Below, piece by piece: positions 1 through 12,191 of a DNA stretch of 64,000 nucleotides. Numbering within the stretch: the first letter of the stretch is position 1; each line of letters begins with the position of its first letter. Source of the stretch: Takakia lepidozioides (Eukaryota > Plantae > Bryophyta); assembly GCA_030704615.1 (NCBI GenBank), contig CM060731.1:11966001-12030000 (forward strand). Reading direction: 5' to 3'. Position numbers and translations under genes: made by a program. A model generated the notes under the pieces. That model saw only the letters and a list, made by a program, of their open reading frames with translations, made no database searches and was not told the DNA's origin.

Positions 1-185
1 TGGAACTATTCTTACCATTTCCAGGTACTCTGCATCAACAAAATTTGTTCTATGGTTATCCAACGGATACTGTACAACAATAAACACTGTTCTGCAACAA
101 CAAGATTGTGTTGTTCTTATTACACCATGGGGGAACCAGTGCAAGTGTTAGTGAGGGATTTGCAGAGTGAACACATGAGCCTGAC

Positions 186-804
186 CAGTGGGAGTGGCTG
201 CTCTGGTCGTTTGCGAGCGTGGAGCCCACAGTACGGGTGCTGCTGCCAAACTGCAACACATTCCAGACCTCAGCCATTCTTTGCACTTGAGCCTCCACTA
301 GGCCTGGCACATGATGGCCTCCCTCTGCCATCTGCTTGATCTCCAGCCTACACCCCAACCAGTGTTGTGTTACAGTGTTACAGGCAAAATATAGACCATA
401 AAGGCACTTTCCAGCCATTACAAAAGTAGATGAACATGTATTTACCATTTTCCCTTTTACCCACTACATCGGCCCAGATCTTATGCCATGAGTATGAGCC
501 CCTTCTTGCTGTTAGCCATTACTCTCAACCTATGTACTGCGATCTTACGGAATCAAAGAAATGCTGAAGGTAACAGCGATATTGAATGACTTAAGTCTTA
601 CTTTTTTGTTGCCTAGCCCTGGGAAGGGACTGGGGCAAGTAAGTCCCAAATCTGTTCATTGTACACCTCCAGTACACTGACTGATATCTCATATTTGACT
701 TGCCCTTGGCGCTGGGTGGCCAAAGCGCTCCTCAAGAGTAATGCACACATTGAACCCATCCAGTACTGAAACTACCACTGGAGCTGTGTCGGCAAAGACA
801 TCCC
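186..804 (-). pseudogene. Kinesin-14 motor-domain exon relics (740-804 and 186-347); may continue off the left edge
   Basis: 740-804 follows a CAG acceptor and reads DVFADTAPVVVSVLDGFNVCI, then diverges where FAYGQTGxGKT (P-loop) is expected. 186-347 has AG/GT borders and reads LEIKQMAEGGHHVPGLVEAQVQRMAEVWNVLQFGSSTRTVGSTLANDQSSHSH, with switch I SSRSH altered to SSHSH. Confidence 0.75.
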
Positions 805-1562
805 CTGTTATATCACAAAGATAGACATGTAACACCAGTAATGTCCAGTTCATTAACCTTTCCTATTTTCTTCCACACTTTCTAGACATTCGAACCCCTC
901 CCTCCCCTTGCTTGTTAATAGACTGATCAATCAACAAATTCATTGTATAGAGCTTCATCCTGGTTAATGATTTCACTCAGTCCCCCAAATTCCAGTCCAA
1001 TCACCTCTATTGCAACTTGCAAATACCTCTCAAACAAGTTGTAAACGGACCTTCCTCTCCAATATACAGCATGACAAGGGCCAAAAGTTCATCAGGTGAA
1101 GGCTTTCAAAGACTAGTTACCAACACTTGACAACTTGCCCTTGCAGCATCTGTGCAAGTCAATACAGAAGTAAACAGCACAACTGCTTGCATCACACCAC
1201 CAGGCATAAAGAGGTCACCAACAGATTCTGAACGTGAAAAGCAAACCAGACACTTAATCACATCCCACAGGCACTGACATCATCTATATGTAAGTACAGA
1301 GTACCAACTCCAAGCCCTGCACTCAACATGTCTGACATCTACTGTGTTGTTCCAAGGGCTTTCCTTTCCACAGATTGGTGACCTATCCTAACAGGATGCA
1401 TAATCAGACAGAAAGTCTTTTAAAGTCAGTATTAGGCTGTGACCTTGTACCAGGAACATTCCAGCCTTGCAAGGTTTTCAGGACAACACCATGGACTAGC
1501 TCAAACCAATGGTGCCTGCATACTGTACTGGATTTTCAAGACCATGGTGTCTGCAAGACCAG

Positions 1563-2498
1563 TCAATAACCCATTCCACCTGTCTGATGAAGCATGGCAT
1601 CAATTTCATCACCGTCCTCCATGTCAAGCTGCCACGCCCAATAAAGCATCAGTCTCATGCATCACGTCACAAGCACATCAAGGCCGTCATATACCCATCA
1701 CAGGTCCAATCCAAACAGCAGCCCTAACAGCCACTTTTGGCAAGACCAGACATTTCAAAGACTGCCCTACATAATAAGCTTACACATATACCACTTTTAG
1801 CAGCTCAATGAGAATCCTATCAGCTTTGGAAGAACACAGAAGAAAAAGGAGCGAGGATAACCTCGGCAGGGGTCTGCTCAGCGCGAAGGCGTCTACCATC
1901 GAAAGGGAAGGCAACAGAGATGGGATCAACTGACTGACGGTCGCAGTACGCATGCATCAGCTTTCGAAGTGTGGCTGTGCTCTTAATCCTGAATAAAACC
2001 TCCCCGCCATCCTACACATTGCAGCATCTTCGGCCATCCGTTACTAGACCCATACACCTTCACAACACCTTCTTCTCCAACCACCCGAGATTACCACAAT
2101 TCTCGCAGCTTTCTTCACGTCCCCCCCCCTTCCCAACTCAAACTCTCCTTATGTTCAAAATATTCGTAAAGAGTTTCGCACGTCTTTTCAAGACGAATGT
2201 ACTTCTTTCTCTCTGAGTTGACATCCACATTCCTTTGAAGTTTCAGGAAACAGAAACTTTCCCGGCTTCAAGCCAAAACCGTGAAGACGACGAAGAATAC
2301 ATCCTACGTAAACCATTCTCTACGATCCTAACGACTTCAAGCCCAACAGGGAAACAACCCATACAAAAATGCCACGGGCTTCCATTACCTGACCCTTCAC
2401 CTTCAGATTAATGTGACCTCACCCCCCTCCCAAGGCTTTTTCTCCTCCTCGTTGTGAATTGCTCCTGCATTGTTGGTGCTATCCTCCACACCAGCCAT
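1563..2498 (-). pseudogene. SUMO: SUMO gene, 3 exons (2389-2498, 1862-2011, 1563-1628), with a 1-nt frameshift in exon 1
   Basis: MAGVEDSTNNAGAIHNEEEKKPWEGG..HINLKVKGQ | [50 protein letters not shown] | LDMEDGDEIDAMLHQTGG-MGY*. Introns are GT-AG. Exon 1 is 110 nt, so the ATG frame hits TGA at 2403-2405. Confidence 0.9.
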
Positions 2499-2624
2499 GA
2501 TTCCAGCAACCACACCTAGCGCACAAAGGCAGACGCGCACAGAGACAGCGAGCGAGAAAGAAGTGGCAGCGCGTGAGTGACAAGCTCGGTGATTTCGGGC
2601 ATTTCGGGCAGGGTCCAAAACAAT

Positions 2625-2669
2625 TGACGCTGATGACGTGGCGGAGAAACGTGGCGATGATGACGTGGC
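2625..2669. promoter_or_regulatory. Cluster of ABRE/G-box-like ACGTGGC (x3) and TGACG (x3) motifs upstream of SUMO
   Basis: ACGTGGC at 2636-2642, 2649-2655 and 2663-2669, about 140-170 nt upstream of the SUMO ATG. Confidence 0.5.
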
Positions 2670-3521
2670 ACTATGGCACCCTATTCCTGCTGTACGCTAA
2701 ATTAGCTTCCGACCTTCGGTGGTCGTCGCTAGAGCTACGTCTCTTAAGTTTAAGGGGGCTCAAAAGAAAGCTGAGCTTTAGACTTTTCTTTTCTAAAGCT
2801 ACGCTGGTCGCTCCAGTTGACATCGGACTTGTTGCCATCAGCAGGGGAGCAAGCACTAAGTGAACTTCCAGCATGATGGGAGGTTGTCATGCCAGGTGAC
2901 AGAAGATTCAGAGGTTCTGCTGCAGAGTCGGTGTCCTTGAGCCCCGGTGTTGTTGTAAGGTTCTTCTATGAAAGCCACATTCCACAAGAGTTTTTCCGCG
3001 GTCCAACTTTCTAAGATGTTGGTTACAATGTCATCACCAAAAAAACCATCAACCACCCCTTCTCTATCTTTCAGACCAACTCGATTTGACCATGCGGCTA
3101 ACAAGACAGGTGGCAAATTATCACAGGACATGGCCAAAGAAAGGCCAGCTTCATTTTTTATTATGGGATTTAAACTGAGGCAGGCTCTAGATCTCGGCGT
3201 ACCAACATGGAGCTTTTGCGTCTGAGGCTGTTCATCAAACCATGACTACTTCAATGCAGCACAACTTCAATTGGACAGATACACCAACACTGAAAGACTT
3301 GCTATGGTCAAGATGACAAATAACTATGGATGTCCTCACAGCTCTAAAGTGAGACATTAGAAGATAATCAAAGGCGACAAGGTGCAACACTCATCTCCCA
3401 TTTTCCCCAGGCTCCTCACATGCTCTGTTCAAGGGACTTCTCCATGTATACTCCAACACGAGAATAACCTCGGATCCTGTTGACAGAATAACACAACTCT
3501 AACCCAGACATAGATGCCAAA

Positions 3522-6500
3522 TTAGCTTAGCTTTCCTATCTCAATCTTCTTCTTGATCGCGCGATGCCCATGGTATACAAAAGCATCAATGATCCCTGAA
3601 ACCGTAAACACCCCTGCCCCCCAACCACCCCAATCCTGTCCTGGTCAGCAATCTCTCTACTATTCAAAAACCTAAAATAAAATAGGACATTTCACGACCA
3701 TAAGACAATGACTCATGGTCAAGTCTTCACTGAACCAACCAACAGATGGCAATACTGTAGAGTACTTCCCTGCTATGTCAAAATCAATGCTCTGAATTAT
3801 GCTGTGTCAGATGAGATCTTGTTAAATCAGCCTAAAACCTTCAGATAAAGTTGTACCTTAATGTATTGGAAACAAGAATTACCCAGTGGGGAGAAGCTAA
3901 CAAACTTGTACTAGACAAAACCTTCTAAAACGGATAATTAATCTACTGCCACACCAAAGAGCATCTTTACAAATTTCAGTCGTAGGAAGCGCAAGGTAAA
4001 GGTTGTGTACCTCCCACAATGGCACACACATTTGTGAGAAAATGCAGAAATGATGTCCTTTGCTCCGTAAACTTCACCTGTTGGATTCATATATATGACA
4101 GCAACAGAAACTTCCAACTAAGTCCTTTGTGGACAAGCCAAGCATATGCACTGAGAGGCTATCCCTCAGGAGGACGTCTATTCACCAAGTTGAGAGAGGT
4201 ATTTTCTGACATACCTCCGTATTAGTCCCCCAGACCAAACATATCCCACATTCTCAGACATAAGAGAAAAGGAAAAAGGAAACAGTCCACCCTCAGTGTT
4301 ACCAATGAGTTACTTATCACAAGAACTCTCCCATGGCACCACCTGAAAGGCATTGCCGCAAGAAAGCCCTACAACTGTCAAAATCATTCCGAGCCAACTT
4401 TCTTCGAACTGGTATGGGCAGATCCAAAAAATACAACCGCGTCAAGTGTTGGTCAAATTAGATCACAAGAACAGCACAAGGGTGAAATAGCATGAATAGA
4501 CCTTGATGGGAGAGAGGTCATAAAAGAAGAAGACCCCCGGTAGAGTGCGGCCCTGCCCAGGTTCGGCCCCCTTGAAGTGCTCCGTCACTGAAAACTGTAA
4601 CACAGCCCTTCACATAATCAAGTAGAGAAATGAAATGACACGATACTTGATAACGTCCGCGGAAAGCTCAAAGAGCTTATGGGACAAGAGACAAGAAGAG
4701 AGCAAGCAGCCCAAACACAACTACTGCTCAAGGGTTTGTCTAAAAGTCAATGCCTCGTGCAGATATGCAGCTAAGAGAGCAAGACTGCCCTAAAACACGA
4801 TTGTACATTACATGGGGGCCTGCAAGAAGTAGGCTAGCAGCACTTGGACCATCAGGTTTTTTCTTGCTCAAAGTGGTGAAGCACAACACCTAAAGATAAA
4901 ATCCTGTAGCTTGAAATCAAGAAGCTCAATCCTACCAGATTTAGGTGCCAGAGATTGGGCCCAAACTTGAGGACCAACAGGAAAAATCCCACGTTTCTAC
5001 ACCCACACTCCCTGCGAAATAAGAATGCAAACAATGTCAATGCCCAAAGTCATAAAGAAAGTTGACCAACCTGGTTGGTTGCAATCTTTTTGCCTCTGAT
5101 GTCAGTATACATCGTGGGTACAACCTGCGCCACAATCACCTCCCCAACAAAGTAAAAATCAGAGCTTTTGGATACACTTGCATTGTCAGAGGAAATTCTA
5201 CCCAATAATCTCTTGTTGGCCGCTCCTACCAAAGAGACAAGGCTCAAGACAGTAAGTAAACAGGAAAAGAAATGAAATAAAATGGTTCTTTGAAAGAAAA
5301 GAAAAGAAATGGAACTTTAAAGTTTCTTTCTTTCTTTTATTCTTTCTTGATTCTTGCTTTTCTTGTCCCATAAGCTCTTTGAGCATTCTGCAGACGTCAT
5401 AAAGTTCCATTTCTTTCTTTTCAAAAGAAAGAAAGAAATCAACTCTACAACATCCACTGGGGGCCAGGAAAAAGAGAGTGTGAAAGAATAGGCCCCCAAG
5501 GCCATGGAACTTACACTGACAAGTATATGGTCAGTATGAGTTGAAATAGAACAACAAAAACCACTTAGTGTACACCAAACGTTGCCCAAAAGGTGGTTAC
5601 CTTGATGAAATACTGGTACAGGACATGGTCTGACTCCTGAGTACGCTTCACCCTGTCATTCCCTTTCACAGAAATCTTAGTATGTACATCTTTGCCACTC
5701 AGTGCTTAGCCTAGTCTAGGTTTGTACATCACATTGTGATGCCTTCTGGTTGACTACCTCTTACTAGGTTTTTGTGCATCTGTGACTTGTCCCACCGTTA
5801 TATATCCATCCGCGGGGTGTCCAGCTCTGCTCAGATGGAAGACCACGCGTGGGGTGTTCACCCAAACGACAAAGATGCATGGTAGCCTGAATCATTGTCA
5901 TTTTTTTGCTGTCTCATTCACCCCTTGGGGATACAGCACAACTTTTATTTGGAACTTGAGATGTGACAGCATCTTTGTGTGGCAAGTCACACATGGAGGC
6001 CTCAACTTTCTTGATTACGCCAGACAATGCTCCCCACCGGTGGCTGGATGGACCACATACTTGTAACCTATCAAAAGGCTATGGAGATTTGAGCCTGGGA
6101 CCAAATATGCCGTACACTAGCACTGGACTGTTGAAAAGCAGTGTAGTTATCAAACAAAGCAAGACATAAGGCAAACCACTATACAGGAATTCACCCTTAA
6201 AACCATCCATTACTTCCAGGACAGTAAACATTACCAGGAATAACCATTCTCACTCATAGATCAGGCATGACACCATGCATACAGAAGGGAGAATAAAAGT
6301 AATGAAGGCTTGATGTGTCATACCCGTCGAGAGGATTTACAACTCCAGGAAAATGAGCACCAAAACTGAGTTCATTGATTTTATGGCTCACCTGCGATGA
6401 TCATGCCCCATGGTCCCACACAAGACTCGGTCGGTATTAATATCCAAGGGGTTAATCTGAAAATCTTAACAAGGAGAGCACATACACAAACTCGTCATAC

Positions 6501-9500
6501 TCTGAGCAATTATGGTATTCTTCTGCATGTAGAAATCTCCAGCAGCTACACCTGCAGACTCTATATCCAATTGCTGAGTTTTACATGTGGGATCATTAAA
6601 GACAGGTATCAACTCAACAATTTCCAAAACTTCTTTCTGACTTTCTGCCTAAAGTTATGAAACCTGGCAGCAACACATCAAGCCACAGAGAGAAATGAAA
6701 TGAAAAATGTACTCTATAACGTTGACAGGACACTCAAAGAGCTTATGGGACAAAGGAAGACAGAAACAAGAAAGAGAGGGGCCACAAGCAGCCATAGCAA
6801 CTATTGCGAGAGAGAGAGAGAGAGAGCACATTGAATGTGTCCTTCTGGAAGGCCAGGATATCATGGAAAAATATGTTGGATTGCTGGAAAGATTTTCCGG
6901 GCGCAAAATGGAAGTTTCCCGCCACTTTGTTCACCTCTAATGACCCATAGACATTGCATCCCTCCCCATCCTCCTCTTTTACCTTCTGTAGAAATCCCTC
7001 CCTTTTGCACTGCATCCCACAAAACCTCAAAATTAGAATAAGGGCAACAATATACGTTGCCTCAAAAAAGGTCAAACTGACATAAAAGCCTGCTGAGGAA
7101 ACCAACCTGATCAATGATATCAGGGTTTTTCATAGCCCACCCTTTCTTGCGATATGCTTCACGCACCTCCTCACATGAGTTGCAACACTCATCATCTGAC
7201 TGCATCCATCCATCCATCAAATCAAAGTTGATTATTATTACCCACCCTTCTCTTCCAAAAGACACACAAGACACCCTACATTGAGACAGAATTACCTCTT
7301 TCCAACTCCTAATAGAAATTCTTCATGACCGAGTACTTGCTTCAAATGTCCTACAGCTGGAACGAGGTGAAACCGATAGTGAATGACCACAGGGTTTGCA
7401 TTCACCTGTTTCTACAGAACATCACATGTGTCTGGACTAAGATGAGGATATTACAGAAGGAAGTCAAAACTTACAACTTCTGCCCCAAAGCAGGAACCAC
7501 AGTAGGTTTCATTGTGCTCAAGCCTACCCCCATGCTTTTGCAACGGTTTCTCTATCTGCATCCCACCAACCAATTGCAGACAACATTGGTCAGCAGCTGT
7601 ACTAAGTAAGGCCTTGCCAAACATTTCCAAAAATCACAGGCAGGAAAGAGCATGCAAGCAGGTCAGCTTTCTAAAAGTAGCCACTCAGTCCAATACATTC
7701 CTTTTCTCTGCAAGTTTACAAATTACGTCTGATAGACAGATATATGCCAGCTATAAAAGCTTGCACACTGATACACGTTAGAGCAGAAAGTACAAACCTT
7801 GGGGCTATTGATGACATCTGGTTTTGGAGGCTCAATCAGCTTGCCAGCTGGATCTAGTCTCTTCTTGTAGATGTTGTGCTTCTGCATTGGCAAAGACAAC
7901 AACTTTGTAGTCAATTTAAGAAACACCATAACTCCAGAGTTAATAGGTGGAGGGTTGACGATCAAATACACTTGAGGAATATACAACAACAAAAATATTG
8001 TAGGAATGGTATGGAGTGCTAATTCTGGTGCAGACATCATGCCCGGTAACACCAAGGTTGACTGCACACGGGGTTGCCATTGCACCTCCAGTCACACTAC
8101 GGACAGAAAAGGGCAGGAAAAGAGTAACAGAGCAATTTTAGGGAGGGTTCATGAAGGAGTTATGCATAAAACATACCACATCTAGGTGCTGCTCACCACT
8201 GATATCCATGGCATCTAAGCTGACAAACGAACATGCCAACGCTGGAAATGTCACATCCAACTGCAGTCCACACCCATTGCTGACCTGGAGTTAATCCTTT
8301 TTTTTTCCTACATCTTCATCCCCTCCTTGAGATCCACAAGGTTCCAGACCACATTCACACATGCAACTGTCTCTCTCTCTCACACACACAGGAACCACAA
8401 AATAAAGGGCTACTGTGAAGGGTTTGGTGCTCTAGAGTTATGTGAAGGAACCTGAGTGACATTAGCGAATGTCTAGAGAACACACATTGATATTAAGAGT
8501 CTCTCCTCGGGCAGTGTCTACCACCAGCTCGTTTGTTGTCTGAGGGTGAAGAAACAACCCTGCAATCCCAGCCACCAGTCACCCCTATCACTTATCTGAC
8601 TCCACCTCCTGTGCACCATCCATTCTTCAAAACTGGCCAGAGCTATGCAATGAAAATCCCCATTCAATATGAAGAAGAAATGTATCATTGGCCATCCCCT
8701 GTGGACATTGGCTGTGAGGACCCGTCATGATTAAGGTCCTAGTGGGGAACAGGCCTTCCTGGAAGGGATAGCAGGGTTCTCACCATCAGGGTAATGAAAC
8801 TGAACCCCAAACGCCAAATGTCCGGTAGCAAATGAGGAGATAGAGAAAGAGACATACTCACGAACAGAGAGTTATATCATGCCCTCACTCCTTCAAAAAT
8901 GACAGAGGCTTAGATGCAATTGCAGTGCCATGAAGTAACGCAGCCTGCTAGTAAGAGTATCCTCTACGTTGCCGTTTAAAACGAGATCAAGAATCCTAAG
9001 ACCTCTCCCCTCAACTTCTTCTGCTGACAATTCCAGCTCTGAACAAATTGTCTCTTCTACACCTCATCTAAAAGTCTTATCACATAAAGTCAGAGAAACA
9101 AAAATCAAGAGTTCAGGACTAGGGTACTAAATCTAGACTGACACCTTCAGAAACATTTACACGAAGTTCATCATACAACATACACAAGAAATTCACAACA
9201 TATAGCTTAGCAGACCCTAAAGCCTCCATCTAGACTGCCCTCACCTTCCTGACATAACTTAACCTCTAAACCACAGGCAGGTCAAATCCACTGCTCAAAA
9301 CTGTGTGGAAAACCACACCACAATGCACTTAGGAAACCAACAGCATGTGGACTGCATTCAATGCTCCCCTTTGTGAGACAGATTCCCTAATTCTAACAGT
9401 TGATGTTGACAAAGGCCAGCTCAAAGACACCGGCAATAAGGAAAATGCAATGCCACGTATCAACCTGGGAAGTCCAAGTGAACAAACTAATTTTCTTCCT

Positions 9501-9876
9501 CGCATAGAGACAAATTCCAGCTTGTGCCCAACTTTGCAGGCACTTTACATTGCACGGAACTAAAGAAAATTAAAGAAATTTTGACGCTCCCCTCCCAACT
9601 TGCTAGCTCCTACAATCTGTAGTGAAAGTATTACTGCGCTACCTCCAGCTCCCTACCCATGACACAGGAACATGGGCTTCAAGAAATATCAAAATAATAT
9701 GACACGCCTATCGACAGGGGGCGGGTGGAATGCATACGTAATTCTGTAAAGAAAAGGATAAGCATGACAATTGACGAGATTATGGTGATGAGGCCTCCGG
9801 ACAGTGTGCGGCTGTGAAAATCTTCATTGGTTTTAGGGTGCGCATCCAGCTGACTCAGCCTATTAAGAACCTGCAT
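3522..9876 (-). CDS. ERGIC3: ER-Golgi intermediate compartment protein 3 (ERV46-like), 13 exons, ~386 aa
   Basis: Phase-consistent GT-AG exons: 9738-9876, 8486-8559, 8177-8260, 7798-7881, 7475-7555, 7107-7199, 6830-7009, 6324-6391, 5601-5652, 5071-5124, 4502-4594, 4011-4077, 3522-3613. Motifs LDAHPK..RTLSGG, DAMDISGEQH, CGSCFGAE..CCNSCEEV, VNKVAGNFHFAPG, PGVFFFYDLSPIK, and C-terminal KKKIEIGKLS*. Confidence 0.95.
4625..4690 (-). repeat. Short dispersed repeat with AAGCTC-TTT-GAGCTT hairpin and (CATTT)n tail, copy 1 (LINE/SINE 3'-end-like)
   Basis: Reverse complement is ttgtcccataagctctttgagctttccgcggacgttat...catttcatttctct. Homologous copies at 5361-5420 (+) and 6688-6753 (-). Confidence 0.7.
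5361..5420 (+). repeat. Same hairpin/tail repeat, copy 2 (opposite orientation)
   Basis: tcttgtcccataagctctttgagcattctgcagacgtcataaagttccatttc. Confidence 0.7.
6688..6753 (-). repeat. Same hairpin/tail repeat, copy 3
   Basis: gagaaatgaaatgaaaaatgtactctataacgttgacaggacactcaaagagcttatgggacaa. Confidence 0.7.
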
Positions 9877-11410
9877 CGTGGAAATATTCCCTGCTCACTC
9901 TGCTATCTTTGCCCTTCTTAATACTCCGTGCACCATGTTCCCTTCCTTTCAATCCACCCTGCTGCTTTGAGGTCTGGATCGCTACTAGATCCTTGAGACT
10001 CGCTCTCGACACGCCATCATCATTGTCCACTGAGGTGAATCCCTTTCACAATGGTTCTCCAACCCGCAAAGCCCTCATTCATGAGATCTTTCCACACAAT
10101 AACGGATTCTTCCACATATCCACGTCCTGTATGATTCGTGTTGTCTTTCCCCCTTCAAATTACTCCAATATATTCACAGGCCCCTCTTCTTTGCTAGGAG
10201 GCTCCAGGGTTTCTATAAAACCCCCGGGGTATGACCGTCTGATCCGGTCACCACTACAATACATAGTGATGTTATTTGAGGCCCCACTTACTTGGGTAAC
10301 AGTTGGGGTTAAGGGGTTCATTACTTGTGGTAATGTTGAATCAAGGACCTTCAACTTTAGGGGTATCTCTCTGTGCTCCTGACTCCTGAGCTAGAGGGAG
10401 AAGGAGAAGCACAAAGAGAGAGACAAGAGAGAGAAATGAAATGGTACTCTCTACGCTCCAGGGTTGCATAGAGCGAGGATGAGAAGCGCAAAGTATACAC
10501 GAGAGAGAGAGGGATAATGAGAAACACAAAGTGACATACAACAAGGGGGGAAGACAAAATGGAAAGGAAATTCCAAGGTAGCTTAGTAGGTAAAGGTTGC
10601 AACTTGGGAGAATGGGCTGTGAGGATGATCAACTTTTGCCCATCTATCAAAGCCATGGTTGTAAGGAGAAACTTTGTGCGGAAGAAAGAAGAAGAACATG
10701 GAAATAGAAAAATTGTAGGACTCCTGCAACTAAATGTGTCCAACTAGACTTTAGGCTTTGTGAATTCGCAGCCTAAATTTGCAGGTAAGACTATTGGGTT
10801 CCAGTTCATGGTAGTAACTAGTAACTATTGGGTGCAGTACTTATCTGTAAGTGGGCCTAAAGACTTACAAATCCCCCTTGGCTTGGCACCACTGAAAAGT
10901 CCTGATTTTAGTCTCCCCCACGATTACACACGACAAGTAGAGACTAAAAGGCTCTAGGACCAACTTCTTGCAGCTGGGTGCAGGATTGTCTCTTCCTCAC
11001 AACTTCCTTCACCAAGTTGCCACAGGTTTCCGATGACTACCGCCTGGAGGGACAGTCCCCCCGTTCTCACCTAACCCGTGAGCGAGACGACATCGACATA
11101 AACTGTGGAGACACCGCAAAAATAGAGACTCTACGTAATAAGACCAAGGGCTCACCCAAACTTTGAGCCCCTTCGCCGCAACCAAACGGTAAGTTAGATC
11201 TCTATGTTTTTTCTCCTGCTGGACCCTCGAGACGCCAGTGTCTATCATATTTGCTTAGCAAGCATCTGTAGACGTGAGTAACACTGGCTCACAGGCATCA
11301 TAACCTTATGATGAGGTCTAACACAAGGCTTTCTAGTATGACTGTAGAGTCTCAGTACGTACTTCTTAGGTTTAAATTTCATGACTTGCAGTTTCTTTTT
11401 GACAAGATTT

Positions 11411-11497
11411 CTGGCTAGCCACATTTTGGCGAACCTGTTGTCTTGGGTAAGCTTCACGGCACTGTCCTGGGGGGGGGAGAGGGGAGAGGTGTGGCAA
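11411..11497 (+). mobile_element. Possible truncated TRIM-like LTR junction (LTR end, PBS, PPT, LTR start)
   Basis: ...GCCACA (ends 11423), ttt, TGGCGAACC, ~33 nt, purine tract 11469-11489, then TGTGGC, the inverted match to GCCACA. Confidence 0.4.
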
Positions 11498-12191
11498 GTT
11501 CTGTACATCATCATTCGCAATTCGTGAGTTTGAAGCCTGTTGGAAGATTCCAAGTATCCTTCAAATCAGCAGCCTATTTCTGAAAGATATTCGGTTCTGG
11601 ATATTGGGCAGAATGACATCTCAGGCAGGACCAGGTTTGGTCGCTTACTAAGTACTGCTCGGTACAATCGCTGGCGACTGAACAGACTGCCCCAGCATGA
11701 TCTTCAACATCATGGATTTTTGTATAGAAAATCTATGAACTGAACATGCGCCTGCTGCCGCTTGGCGCTATATTGTGTAGTAAGTTTGATCGATGCACAT
11801 GTTCTTCCTCCAAAACTGACTCTTGCTTTACATGACCTTGAAGGACTGGAAAGTGACAAAGGCTTTTACCATCGTGCCTTGAAATTTTGGAATTCACTTA
11901 ACATGCGAGTCATCAAAATTTCACACAGTTCATGGATTCTCAGGACGTAAAGGAAGAGAAGGCTCAAAAATCTCAGGTGTCTCACCGTACTGGTTGAAGT
12001 CGAGATGCTCAAAGATGGTAGTGATCTTGGAGCCAAGGTGATGGAGAACACCAAGACAGTCGCTCTTCCCCCATGTGGAAATCCTAGAAACCGGGCGCAG
12101 AGACCGTGAATGCTCAGCGCACTGACCGGCAATGGTGTAGCTCATGCTCACTCTAGCACTATATTATCCTCACATGTGAATGTCTAGAGCT

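Noticed and set aside
2856-3137. Possible F-box-like fragment (DDIVTNIL)
   Set aside because: The similarity is too short, with no supporting exon structure.
4664-4678. Histone-type stem-loop or intronic snoRNA
   Set aside because: The loop is 3 nt, there are no C/D or H/ACA boxes, and one copy is antisense to the host gene.
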